From Syntrophales bacterium (GTDB lineage: Bacteria > Desulfobacterota > Syntrophia > Syntrophales > UBA2210), in the NCBI GenBank assembly GCA_963666365.2, contig CAXXNF010000002.1:512001-576000 (forward strand): a DNA stretch of 64,000 bases. The letters are read 5' to 3'. The notes under the pieces are model-generated. The model was not told the origin of the DNA and did not search any database. It was given only the letters and a program-made list of their open reading frames with translations. Positions 20,130 through 30,151 of this stretch are shown in pieces (positions within the stretch are counted from its first letter, which is position 1; the number at the start of each line of letters is the position of its first letter). The translations under genes and the position numbers were made by a program.

Positions 20130-21419
20130 TCATTGCGAAGAGCCTTTCTGATGTGAAAGAAAGAGGATGCACAAAAATGCCGCCGCATAGGAAATTAAGA
20201 ATACAAGAAACAGGTGCCGGTAGGCTTCCATCGTGTAAGAGCCGGGGGTAAGTCCCGTAAAGTCATTGAGAAGATACCCGGAGAAGGGCTGGTAGAGTGC
20301 TGCGCCGAAAAAAGCCGACGGATTCATGAGTCCCACCGCGGTTCCCATAAGCCAGGGGGGGAAAAGATCTCTGGTAATGGTAAAGCAGATGGGAAGGGTT
20401 CCTCCTGCGGAAAGGCCGAAAATAAGAAATAAAGGACAGGCAAGAACAATGTGAACGCGTCCGTGAAAAAAAAGAAGCACCATCCATCCGAGGACACTAA
20501 GCCCGATCGCCCACAAAAGCACTGATTTACGGTTCAAATTGAGTCGATCGGTAAAAAAACCGAGTGCAGGTCCGCCGACAGCAAATCCCAGGGGAAGAAT
20601 CATAAGCAGCCATCCAGCATGCACGCGACTGAGATGGAATACATCCATCAGACAGGGAACTGCCCAAAGTCCCTGAAAGGTGAGAAACACCCCTCCCGTA
20701 AAGAACATGGAAAGAGTGATCATCCAAAAATCTAAAGAACGCAGAATCATCTTGAGACGTTTCAGCAGGGTTGGCTGATGTAAGGGCGTCTGTTCTTGCT
20801 TTTCCTTCGCTGTCCCTTCTGTGAGAGACAGCGAAGGCCAACCCTTTGCGGCGGGAGTGTCGCGGACTATGGCCCAGCAGATAATGGCAAGGACAAGTGA
20901 AATCAGCCCCAGGCTTACGAACGAACCCCTCCATCCGAGCAGAAGGACCAGGCAGGTCAGCGGGAGTGCCGCCGCAAGAGCGCCGATGCCGCCGATTGCA
21001 ATCATAATTCCTGTAAGACTGGCAAATTCATTGACTCTATACCACTGCGAAAACAGTTTCAGGCTTGGGATAAAGACGCCGCCTACGCCTGCGCCGACAA
21101 TTGATCTGCCCAGTGCTGCTACCGTTGCATTGGGTGCGGCGCCGAATATAAGCGCGCCGATAGCGGCAAGTACGGAAAAATAAGTAATTACTTTTCGAGG
21201 ACCTATCGTATCGGACAAATAGCCCACAACCGGTTGAACCGCTGAATAGAGGTAAAAATACGAAGACGCAATAATACCGAGGACTACTGCATCGGCATTA
21301 AAGGAGACGGCCAGATCACGGGCGATGACAGTAGGAGAGACCCTATGGAGGCACACCAGGAAGTAGAGCGAACCCACAATAGCGAATTGGGTCCAACGAT
21401 AGTAATTGAAAGCTCTCAT
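20130..21419 (-). CDS. MFS transporter
   Basis: About 12 hydrophobic segments; motif A GYLSDTIGPRK. Confidence 0.88.
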   Translation of the reverse strand: MRAFNYYRWTQFAIVGSLYFLVCLHRVSPTVIARDLAVSFNADAVVLGIIASSYFYLYSAVQPVVGYLSDTIGPRKVITYFSVLAAIGALIFGAAPNATVAALGRSIVGAGVGGVFIPSLKLFSQWYRVNEFASLTGIMIAIGGIGALAAALPLTCLVLLLGWRGSFVSLGLISLVLAIICWAIVRDTPAAKGWPSLSLTEGTAKEKQEQTPLHQPTLLKRLKMILRSLDFWMITLSMFFTGGVFLTFQGLWAVPCLMDVFHLSRVHAGWLLMILPLGFAVGGPALGFFTDRLNLNRKSVLLWAIGLSVLGWMVLLFFHGRVHIVLACPLFLIFGLSAGGTLPICFTITRDLFPPWLMGTAVGLMNPSAFFGAALYQPFSGYLLNDFTGLTPGSYTMEAYRHLFLVFLISYAAAFLCILFLSHQKGSSQ

Positions 21420-21497
21420 TGCGCGGTATCCTCACCTACTCCTTGAGATAATGACAGTGATAACCGGCTCCGGCTGGGGAGCAGTCGGAGAATATGA

Positions 21498-22952
21498 TCA
21501 GCCTGCAAGACAGGGGTGACGAGCCGCCTCAGTTTCATCGAGCCTGGATGTTCTGCAATTGCGGGGCGCCTCTTTCAGAAGATCGGGGTTCTCTTTTGCC
21601 TCCTCGGCAATTGTCTTGAAGGATTCAATAAACTGGTCGATGGACTCCTTTGTTTCCGTCTCCGTTGGTTCTATCATAATTGAACCATGAACGACCAGAG
21701 GGAAATACACCGTAGGCGGATGGTGTCCGAAATCTATGAGGCGCTTTGCCATATCAAGGGCGCTGATCTTATGTTCCTGTTGCCGGAGGTCGGAAAATAC
21801 ACACTCGTGCATACAGGGACGGTCATAGGGGAGATGCAGGGTCCCTTTGAGGTTTTCCTTTATATAATTTGCATTCAGTACGGCAAGTTGACTTGCCCTC
21901 TTGAGATTCGGACCCATGCTGAGAATATAGCTCAAGGCCTTTATCATGACGCCGAAATTGCCGTAGAAGGCGTGTACCCGTCCGATAGACAGGGGGAACT
22001 CTTCTGAAAGACGATAGGCGCCGTTTTCCTCTATAATGCGGGGCAGGGGGAGGAAGGGGGCCAGATCTTTCGTGACGCATAAAGGACCTGAACCGGGTCC
22101 GCCGCCGCCATGGGGAGTCGAAAAGGTCTTGTGGAGATTCAGGTGAAGAATGTCGATGCCGAGTGAGGCGATATCGACGATTCCCATCATTGCGTTCATG
22201 TTGGCGCCGTCGCCGTAAACAAGCCCTCCTTTGTCATGGACTATGTGGGCGATTTCTTTGATGTGCGCCTCGAAGAGGCCCAGCGTGTTGGGGTTGGTGA
22301 CCATTATCCCGGCGGTATCTTCATCCATGACCCGGGCGATGCTTTGCGCATCGAGGATTCCATCCTCACCGGATGCAACCGGAACGGGGGTAAACCCGCA
22401 GAGGGCGGCGCTTGCCGGATTGGTCCCGTGGGCGGTGTCTGGAACGATTATCTTCGAACGAATCGATCCGCGGGATTTGAGGCAGGCATACATAATGAGC
22501 ATTCCCGTCAGTTCTCCATGAGCGCCTGCCGCCGGCTGAAGTGAAACGGCGTCCATGCCGGTAATTTCCCCGAGGAATTTCTCAAGTTCGGCCATTGCTC
22601 GCAGCGCGCCCTGCGAAAGTTCAGCCGGAAGAAGCGGATGGGCGCCGGCAAAGCCACGCAGCCCGGCCTGTTTTTCGTTTGTTTTCGGGTTATACTTCAT
22701 TGTGCAGGATCCGAGCGGGTACATGCCTGTATCGATGCCGAAATTCCATGTTGAGAGTCGCGTGTAGTGGCGGACCACCTCCAGTTCGCTCAGGTCGGGA
22801 AAATCCGGACCGTCTCCCAAAAGCGCCTCTTCAATGAAGGCTTCCTCCACATCACGCCTCGGCAGGGAGAAGCCTGATCTTCCCCTGTTGCCGCGTTCCC
22901 ATAGGAGGGGTTCATTCAGTATAAGCCCCGTTGTCGCCGGTGCAGTTTTCAT
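21498..22952 (-). CDS. gcvPB: Glycine dehydrogenase (decarboxylating) subunit 2
   Basis: YPLGSCTMKYNP, QPAAGAHGE, AHGTNPAS, HLNLHKTFSTPHGGGGPG, IEPTETE. Confidence 0.96.
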   Translation of the reverse strand: MKTAPATTGLILNEPLLWERGNRGRSGFSLPRRDVEEAFIEEALLGDGPDFPDLSELEVVRHYTRLSTWNFGIDTGMYPLGSCTMKYNPKTNEKQAGLRGFAGAHPLLPAELSQGALRAMAELEKFLGEITGMDAVSLQPAAGAHGELTGMLIMYACLKSRGSIRSKIIVPDTAHGTNPASAALCGFTPVPVASGEDGILDAQSIARVMDEDTAGIMVTNPNTLGLFEAHIKEIAHIVHDKGGLVYGDGANMNAMMGIVDIASLGIDILHLNLHKTFSTPHGGGGPGSGPLCVTKDLAPFLPLPRIIEENGAYRLSEEFPLSIGRVHAFYGNFGVMIKALSYILSMGPNLKRASQLAVLNANYIKENLKGTLHLPYDRPCMHECVFSDLRQQEHKISALDMAKRLIDFGHHPPTVYFPLVVHGSIMIEPTETETKESIDQFIESFKTIAEEAKENPDLLKEAPRNCRTSRLDETEAARHPCLAG

Positions 22953-24280
22953 TTCGACATCTCCTTGAGCAACCTGTCCATGTCCTCCATGGAAACAGTT
23001 TCCGTGACACAGAACAGATAGTGCTCGGTAAGTTTCGGATAAAACGACGAGAGGGGGAGTCCCGCAACAATCTTTTTCGCCGCAAGTTCATCGTATCGAT
23101 CTTTGAAGCCTTCGGGACACTGAAGTACAAATTCATTGAATGTGGGGGCGGTGAAGGGGATGGTAAACCCGAATTCGGCAAGTCCCTTTTTGAGATATTT
23201 CGTCTTGTCATAATTGAGCCTGGCGAGGGTTCTGAAACCTGTACCTCCGAGAGAGGCCATATACATTGCCGCCGCAAGTGCACAAAGATTGTTGTTTGTG
23301 CAGATGTTCGACGTCGCCCGTTCCCGGCGGATGTGCTGCTCTCTTGTGGCGAGAGTGAGCACAAACCCCTGTCTGCCCGCGAGATCCCGCGTTTTCCCCA
23401 CCAGACGACCCGGCATGGCACGGACATATTTGCTCCGTGTCGCGAATATGCCGAGCCCGGGGCCTCCAAAAGAACGCGGTATTCCCAGACTCTGCCCTTC
23501 ACCGCAGACTATGTCGGCGCCCTGCAATCCCGGCGATTTGAAGAGACCGTAGGCGAGGGGTTCTGTAAAAGAAACGATCAGAAGCGCATTCCCTTTGCGG
23601 CATGCCTGTTCCGCTTCAGCAGGATCTTCAATACACCCTAAAAAATTGGGAGACTGAATGGCCACAGCGGCAAAGGAATCTTCCGATGCAGGCAATGATG
23701 TATCGGTCCTTCCTGACGGAAGGAGAGGGAGTTCCACGATTTCGCACTGTGCCGGTTCAAGATAGGTGCGCACCACCTGGCGGTAGGAAGGGTGAATGAG
23801 CGCCGACAGGGCAATGCGCCTCTTTTTTGTGATCCGCACCGCCATGAGGCAGGCCTCCGCCAGTGCCGATGCACCGTCATAAAGGGATGCATTGGCGATA
23901 TCCATTCCTGTAAGCCGGGCAATCAGCGTCTGGTATTCGTACAGGGCCTGCAGTGTCCCCTGGCTTGCTTCCGGTTGATAGGGGGTATAGGCAGTGGAGA
24001 ATTCAGAGCGGCCCAGAAGATACCGCACCGATTCGGGAATATAATGTTCGTAACTGCCGGCGCCCACAAAGAGCGCATATTCCGGAGACCCTGCATTCCG
24101 CTCAGCCATCTTCTCCATGTAGGCATCCAATTCCCACTCGGTAAGTGCGTCGGGAAGATTCAGCGGTCTGCTGCGGCGGCATTCACCGGGAATTGCGGCA
24201 AAGAGCTCCTCCAGGGACTCGGCGCCGACCGTGTCGAGCATGGCGGCGATATCCTCATCGGTATGCGGCAAATAGCGCAT
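22949..24280 (-). CDS. gcvPA: Glycine dehydrogenase (decarboxylating) subunit 1
   Basis: MRYLPHT, TAYTPYQPEASQG.LQ, NASLYDG, TREQHIRRERATSNICTN. Confidence 0.96.
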   Translation of the reverse strand: MRYLPHTDEDIAAMLDTVGAESLEELFAAIPGECRRSRPLNLPDALTEWELDAYMEKMAERNAGSPEYALFVGAGSYEHYIPESVRYLLGRSEFSTAYTPYQPEASQGTLQALYEYQTLIARLTGMDIANASLYDGASALAEACLMAVRITKKRRIALSALIHPSYRQVVRTYLEPAQCEIVELPLLPSGRTDTSLPASEDSFAAVAIQSPNFLGCIEDPAEAEQACRKGNALLIVSFTEPLAYGLFKSPGLQGADIVCGEGQSLGIPRSFGGPGLGIFATRSKYVRAMPGRLVGKTRDLAGRQGFVLTLATREQHIRRERATSNICTNNNLCALAAAMYMASLGGTGFRTLARLNYDKTKYLKKGLAEFGFTIPFTAPTFNEFVLQCPEGFKDRYDELAAKKIVAGLPLSSFYPKLTEHYLFCVTETVSMEDMDRLLKEMSK

Positions 24281-24281
24281 G

Positions 24282-24686
24282 TTATTCAGATCCTTTCAGC
24301 ATGGCAATGTAGGCTGCTTTGTCCATAAGCAGGTCAAGTTCGTGTGTGTCGGCGGGTGTTATCTTGATTATCCAGCCCTCTTCATAGGGAGATTTATTAA
24401 TACGCTCGGGCGAATCTTCGAGATTCTCATTTACTTCTATGATTTCTCCTCCGATAGGCATATACAATTCGGAAACCGCCTTTACCGATTCCAGAGAACC
24501 GAATTCTTCACCTTTCTCGAAGGTGTCGCCGACGGCCGGCAATTCGACGTACACGATGTCCCCCAATTGATCCTGGGCGTAATCGTTGACGCCTATCTTC
24601 ACTGTCCCCCCTTCGCTTCGCGCCCATTCGTGATCTTTCGCGTATTTTACATCGTCAGGCAAGATCAAGTCATTAATTTCTTTCAT
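24282..24686 (-). CDS. gcvH: Glycine cleavage system H protein
   Basis: DHEW, YAQDQLGDIVYVELP, lipoyl motif ESVKAVSE. Confidence 0.96.
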   Translation of the reverse strand: MKEINDLILPDDVKYAKDHEWARSEGGTVKIGVNDYAQDQLGDIVYVELPAVGDTFEKGEEFGSLESVKAVSELYMPIGGEIIEVNENLEDSPERINKSPYEEGWIIKITPADTHELDLLMDKAAYIAMLKGSE

Positions 24687-25980
24687 GTTCCATCTCCTTG
24701 TTCCTATAGTATGATAGCATCTGTACCATCGGTTTGCGGGCGGTGCGGTCGGGACGAATATCTTGCACGATTTCGGCCTTCAGTGTGCGCCTGCCGTGTG
24801 TGATTTCTATTACCGATCCATAGGCGAGCGGCGCCGTTACTTTAATGAATCCGCAGCAAAGCCCCTTCGGTGTGAAACCTTCGGGCGCATCGGGGCTTGC
24901 AATGCTGTATATGGTTCCTTCGTGCCGATCAATGGCCACATCGGTAACGCAAGTCAATACTGTGCCGATTTCGTCACCTTCGCCGTTAATCACCGCGGAC
25001 GAAGCGCCCGGTGCGACCTTGCGCAGGTCGAACCCTGCAAAGGGATAGACGTATACAGTGTGATCGCAGTGTCTCAGCGCATCATTGCCGAGGAACGGTT
25101 TGGTAAAACGAGTTCCCGTTTCATCGTAGGGGAGGGCATACTGCCAGGGATGATTGATGAAGGGCCAGGGACCGATGTCCTGGTGCGAAAGGGGGAGCAC
25201 CGCTCCCGCTCTCAGGGAATCTCGTGCAGCAAGTCCACAGGGTGTAAGCCCCGCATCGCGGCCTGCGCGTACGAGATTGTCCCAGACCTGAATCAAATGC
25301 TTTGTGTCCATGAAAAGTTCAAAGCCAAACTCCCCCGTATAGCCTGTGCGGGAAAGCAGGACCGGTGTACCGTCGGTCAGCCGGACCTCGTCGGAAAGGG
25401 GTGAGCGGTCGTCGTAATGTCCCTTGAAACTGAAATAGGGCATCCGCTCGAATACCTGTCGAGGGTCGGCGAGATGCGACTCAAGTAAACGGGCGGCACA
25501 GGGGCCCTGGATGTCTATTTTCCCCACTCTGTCGGTAAGATCTATAACGGAAACCGATGAGGGGGCGTGCGCCTGTTTGTTCAAGTGAGCGACGACAGGT
25601 CCACCCATTCCGGCGTTGACCACCACGCAGTAGCTGTCCTCTGCGAACTGCGATACGATTGCATCGTCAAGAACGGCGCCGTCTTCATACAGAAAGGCGC
25701 CATAGGCTGAGCGACCTCGCACAAGCGGGGTTTTGTTTTTTCCCAAGCAGCGGTCTAGATCTTTCGTAAAACAGAACTGCAGAAGGTTACGCGCTTCTTG
25801 GCCGGAAACCGTAATGAGGGACATATGGCTCGTGTCGAAAATACCTGCATCCGTAAGAACGGCAAGGTGCTCATTTCGCGCGCCCGTGGGGTACCAGAGA
25901 GGCATTTCATAACCGCCGAATACGGCCATATGCGCCCCCTCGGCACGGTGCCGACTGTTGAGGGGGGTCTTCTTTTCCAT
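24673..25980 (-). CDS. gcvT: Glycine cleavage system T protein (aminomethyltransferase)
   Basis: FGGYEMPLWY, FDTSHM, SRTGYTGEFGFE, GLAARDSLR; start at MEKKTPL after AGGAG. Confidence 0.93.
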   Translation of the reverse strand: MEKKTPLNSRHRAEGAHMAVFGGYEMPLWYPTGARNEHLAVLTDAGIFDTSHMSLITVSGQEARNLLQFCFTKDLDRCLGKNKTPLVRGRSAYGAFLYEDGAVLDDAIVSQFAEDSYCVVVNAGMGGPVVAHLNKQAHAPSSVSVIDLTDRVGKIDIQGPCAARLLESHLADPRQVFERMPYFSFKGHYDDRSPLSDEVRLTDGTPVLLSRTGYTGEFGFELFMDTKHLIQVWDNLVRAGRDAGLTPCGLAARDSLRAGAVLPLSHQDIGPWPFINHPWQYALPYDETGTRFTKPFLGNDALRHCDHTVYVYPFAGFDLRKVAPGASSAVINGEGDEIGTVLTCVTDVAIDRHEGTIYSIASPDAPEGFTPKGLCCGFIKVTAPLAYGSVIEITHGRRTLKAEIVQDIRPDRTARKPMVQMLSYYRNKEMEHERN

Positions 25981-26355
25981 TTCGCTCCTTTTTTGTGAAT
26001 CCTTTATTTTTCTATGTATCCTCGATGCTTCTGTCAATATATTTTTTTAATAATCGATGCTTCGTTCACATACGATGCTGCTCTCAACGGGAGGTTCAAG
26101 GGCGCCGTTCGCGCAGACCTGTAAAAAATATCATTAAAGTCCAGACAGGTCAAATAATCACTGCTATAATAATAACTGGTCAATATAATTATACGGTGGT
26201 CGTATAGGTGCAGTATGAAACGACAGCAGGCACAGATGCTGTGAAACAATGGAAAATGGGCAAAACTGCAGCTCCACGGACACAGTAACGGCAAGGGGAG
26301 TTAAGTCATCAAAGATATCGTAATTTCGTGATAAATCAATCGTGCTTGTGTGTGC

Positions 26356-27987
26356 TTATCGGTTATTCCTGGATTCCTTCATCAGTGCCTTGGTGGTGAC
26401 TGTGTCATGAGGAGGGCGACGTTCATCCCGCTCGGGATAATCAATGTTGTAATGGAGCCCTCGACTCTCTTTTCGCAAACAGGAACACTCGATGATCAAC
26501 CGCGCCACCATGGCGATATTGCGGAGTTCCAAAAGTTCTGAGGTGATTTTGAAGTTCCAGTAGTATTCGTTAATTTCCTGAAGGATGATATCGATCCTTC
26601 TTTTGGCCCTTTCCAGGCGTTTGTCGGATCTGACGATCCCCACGTAGTTCCACATGCACATCCGTATTTCATCCCAGTTGTGGGAAACCACGATTGACTC
26701 ATCGCTTTCCGTGGCGCCCTTCGGATCCCAGGGAGGAATTGCAATCGAGTCTTCTTCCGTAGAGTTATAGATTTCTGAAATTCTCGTAAATATCCGGTGG
26801 GCGAACACCACCGCTTCAAGGAGTGAATTGCTTGCGAGGCGGTTGGCGCCGTGAAGACCGGTACAGGCGACCTCTCCGCAGGCATAGAGACGGTCTATGT
26901 TTGTTTCCCCGCGAATGCCCACTTTGACGCCGCCGCATTGATAATGTGCAGCCGGTACCACGGGAATGGATTCCGTGGCCATATCGATTCCCAGTTCCAT
27001 GCATTTTCTGTAGATGTGTGGAAAGCGGCTTCTGAGAAAATCTCGATCGTGGTGGGTAATGTCCAGATACACGCACTCATCGCCGGATTTTTTAATTTCC
27101 CTGTCGATCGCCTTTGCCACTACGTCCCTCGGCGCCAGACTTTTCATGGGATGGTATTTTTCCATGAACGTGGCGCCGCTTTTCAGTCTCAGTGTTCCTC
27201 CTTCGCCGCGCACGGCTTCACTGATCAAAAATGAACGGGCTTCGGGATGATAGAGACAGGTTGGATGAAACTGGATGAATTCCATGTTGGCAATTTCCGC
27301 ACCGGCCCTGAAGGCCATTGCCACGCCGTCTCCCGTGGCGATATCAGGGTTGGTGGTGATGAGGTAGACCTTTCCCGATCCTCCGGTTGCCAGAACAATG
27401 AAACGGGCCCTGAAAGTATGGATGCAATCGTTGTCAACGTCGAATACATAGGCGCCGACGATGCGGTCCGGAAATTGAGGAATGCCGGTCAGTTTTGAAC
27501 GCGTAATCAGGTTGACGGCGAAGTGATTTTCGTAGATGTCGATATGGGGGTTGCGCTCGGCTTCTTCAATAAGCGCTCGCTCGATTTCACGACCCGTAAG
27601 GTCTTTCGCATGAAGGACCCTCCGATGTCGATGGCCGCCTTCTCTGCCCAGGTCATAGGAAGATTCCACGCTACCCTCCATCCGGGTGAATTCGACGCCC
27701 CAATTTATGAGTTCGGCAATGCGTGCGGGACCTTCGGTAACTACAAAACGGACCACCTCTTTGTTGCACAATCCCGCCCCGGCCTCCAGCGTATCCTCAA
27801 TGTGGGAGTCAAAGCTGTCGGTCTTATCCGTAACGGAGGCAATCCCGCCTTGTGCGTAATTTGTGTTCGATTCAACAGTGCCCTTTTTCGTCACGATGGA
27901 CACAGTGCCCAGACCAGCTGCTTTTATGGCAAAACAAAGACCGGCAATACCGCTTCCCAGAATAAGAAAATCGCTTTGTATTTCCAT
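26356..27987 (-). CDS. nadB: L-aspartate oxidase
   Basis: GSGIAG, NTNYAQGGI, REGGH, QFHPT, LISEAVRGEG, GLHGANRLASNSLLE, ESRGLHY. Confidence 0.96.
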   Translation of the reverse strand: MEIQSDFLILGSGIAGLCFAIKAAGLGTVSIVTKKGTVESNTNYAQGGIASVTDKTDSFDSHIEDTLEAGAGLCNKEVVRFVVTEGPARIAELINWGVEFTRMEGSVESSYDLGREGGHRHRRVLHAKDLTGREIERALIEEAERNPHIDIYENHFAVNLITRSKLTGIPQFPDRIVGAYVFDVDNDCIHTFRARFIVLATGGSGKVYLITTNPDIATGDGVAMAFRAGAEIANMEFIQFHPTCLYHPEARSFLISEAVRGEGGTLRLKSGATFMEKYHPMKSLAPRDVVAKAIDREIKKSGDECVYLDITHHDRDFLRSRFPHIYRKCMELGIDMATESIPVVPAAHYQCGGVKVGIRGETNIDRLYACGEVACTGLHGANRLASNSLLEAVVFAHRIFTRISEIYNSTEEDSIAIPPWDPKGATESDESIVVSHNWDEIRMCMWNYVGIVRSDKRLERAKRRIDIILQEINEYYWNFKITSELLELRNIAMVARLIIECSCLRKESRGLHYNIDYPERDERRPPHDTVTTKALMKESRNNR

Positions 27988-28111
27988 TTTAGATCCTAGT
28001 TATGTATTTACAAACGAGAGGCTTTCTTATATACCTTTCCCCGCTGTTTGTGGAGTACTATTTTCACAAGGGAAAAACGTACTCTGAACGGCATTCATAG
28101 AACAGGACGGA

Positions 28112-29143
28112 ATGCAAATAATGATGGTACTGGGCATTGAATCATCCTGCGATGAGACGGCGGCTGCCGTTGTGTCGAACGGCAAGACAATCCTTTCGAA
28201 TGTCGTTGCCTCGCAGGTGGATATTCATCGGCGTTACGGCGGAGTCGTGCCTGAAATCGCTTCGCGTCATCATATAGAGGCGATTGTCCCCGTTATCGAG
28301 CAGGCCCTTGGCGAGGCCGAAATATCGCTCGATGATATAGACGGAATTGCAGTCACACGGGGACCGGGGCTGATCGGATCACTTCTTGTGGGGCTTTCCG
28401 TTGCAAAATCGATAGCCTTTGCCCGCGGAATTCCCTTTGTGGGAGTCAATCATATCGCCGGTCATATCGGCGCACTCTATCTCAGCGAAAATGTACCGCC
28501 CTTTCCTTTTGTGGCCCTTGTGGTCTCGGGTGGACATACCAACATATACCGCGTCGAGGCCCATGACAGTTTTATTCTGCTGGGTCAGACTAGAGATGAT
28601 GCCGCCGGAGAAGCCTTTGATAAGGCGGCAAAGATGCTCGATTTAGGTTATCCGGGGGGTGTAGTAATCGACAGGATTGCTCAACAGGGAGATCCCACAG
28701 CTATTCATTTTCCGAGGGCCATGAAAATGAGCCTGGATTTTAGTTTCAGTGGATTAAAGACAGCGCTTCTGAATTATATAAAACAGCAGGAGTCACCCAT
28801 ACAAACGGAGTGTATTCCCCATATCGCGGCCTCATTTCAGGATGCAATTGTCGATGTTTTGGTTGAAAAAACATTGCGGGCCGCAGAAGAATCATCAATA
28901 TCACGGGTGGCGATATCGGGAGGAGTGGCGGCAAACCGCAGGCTGCGGCACTGTTTTCTCGAGAGGGCGAGACCAAAAGGGATCGATGTAGCTATTCCGC
29001 CGCCGATTCTCTGTACCGACAATGCGGCCATGATTGCCGCCGTGGGTGCGCAAATTCTAAAGGCAGGCGGATCGGATTCCTTCGATTTGAATGCGGTATC
29101 GCGATGGCCCCTGAGCGCAGGTACGTCAAGAGAGGCGAAGTGA
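28112..29143 (+). CDS. tsaD: tRNA N6-adenosine threonylcarbamoyltransferase
   Basis: GIESSCDET, GGVVPEIASR.H, VSGGHT, TRDDAAGEAFDK, CTDNAAMI. Confidence 0.97.
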   Translation: MQIMMVLGIESSCDETAAAVVSNGKTILSNVVASQVDIHRRYGGVVPEIASRHHIEAIVPVIEQALGEAEISLDDIDGIAVTRGPGLIGSLLVGLSVAKSIAFARGIPFVGVNHIAGHIGALYLSENVPPFPFVALVVSGGHTNIYRVEAHDSFILLGQTRDDAAGEAFDKAAKMLDLGYPGGVVIDRIAQQGDPTAIHFPRAMKMSLDFSFSGLKTALLNYIKQQESPIQTECIPHIAASFQDAIVDVLVEKTLRAAEESSISRVAISGGVAANRRLRHCFLERARPKGIDVAIPPPILCTDNAAMIAAVGAQILKAGGSDSFDLNAVSRWPLSAGTSREAK

Positions 29144-30054
29144 CCACGCCAAAAGAAATACTGGCAAAATATAATATACGGCCGTTAAAACGCTTCGGAC
29201 AATCATTTCTCATTGATCCCAATATCATTGAAAGGATTGTGACAAGCGCCGGTGTCGTTCCTGAGGATACCGTGGTGGAGATCGGCGCCGGCGCGGGTAT
29301 TATGACGGGTATGCTCTGTGAGCGCGCCAGAAAAGTGTTCGCGCTGGAAGTTGACGAAAGAATGATCGAAGTGCTGAGAGAAGAACTGAGTACGCGATCA
29401 AATGCGACGGTTATTCATCAGGATGTGCTGAAGTATGACTTTTCACAGGCGTTCAGGGCATCGGAGGGGCGTCCCTTGGTGGTGATAGGGAATATCCCCT
29501 ACAATATTTCGTCGCAGATCCTGCTTCGCCTGATCCAGTATCGAAGCATCCTGTCGACTGTGGTGCTGATGTGCCAAAAAGAGGTGGCCGAAAGAATCAT
29601 CGCCTCTCCGGGCGCCAAACAATACGGAATTCTTTCAGTACTGACACTGCTGTACTTCGACTGCAAGAAAATAGCAATGGCCTCTCCGGGCTGCTTTTAT
29701 CCAAGACCGCGTATCGATTCAATGGTCCTGAAAATGACGTTGCGCGCCCGTCCTCTGGCAGGGGTAAAAGATCCGGAGCTTTTTCAGGCGTTAGTGAGAG
29801 CCGCTTTTTCGAAGAGAAGGAAAACGCTTGCCAACAGCCTGAAAAATAATCCTTTCCTCCTGTTTGATGATGCTGAAATATTGGAAATAATGCATCACGC
29901 CGGCATCGATCCGAAAAGAAGGGGAGAAACCCTGACCATAGAAGAATTTGCGCGAATGTCGAATGTAATCTATGCGATGCCTTCTACCGGACGATCGGCC
30001 GAAAATGCCCTGCCCGGTCAGGGGGAAACGCTCCACGGACTTGACGACAGGTGA
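29140..30054 (+). CDS. rsmA: 16S rRNA m6,2A dimethyltransferase
   Basis: KRFGQSFL, VEIGAGAG, GNIPYNISS, QKEVAERI, KRRKTL.N, RRGETL; GTG start overlapping the tsaD stop. Confidence 0.95.
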   Translation: MTTPKEILAKYNIRPLKRFGQSFLIDPNIIERIVTSAGVVPEDTVVEIGAGAGIMTGMLCERARKVFALEVDERMIEVLREELSTRSNATVIHQDVLKYDFSQAFRASEGRPLVVIGNIPYNISSQILLRLIQYRSILSTVVLMCQKEVAERIIASPGAKQYGILSVLTLLYFDCKKIAMASPGCFYPRPRIDSMVLKMTLRARPLAGVKDPELFQALVRAAFSKRRKTLANSLKNNPFLLFDDAEILEIMHHAGIDPKRRGETLTIEEFARMSNVIYAMPSTGRSAENALPGQGETLHGLDDR

Positions 30055-30151
30055 CGGTGCTGGTATGCAGTACCACATAATAAGAGCCGATTGAACAGAG
30101 AAGATGGTGTAATTTGAAATCGGGACTACAGTCGGAGCGGAGGACGAACAT

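Noticed and set aside
25981..26350. Possible glycine riboswitch before gcvT
   Set aside because: No GGAGA/CCGAAG/CUCUCAGG aptamer core was seen.
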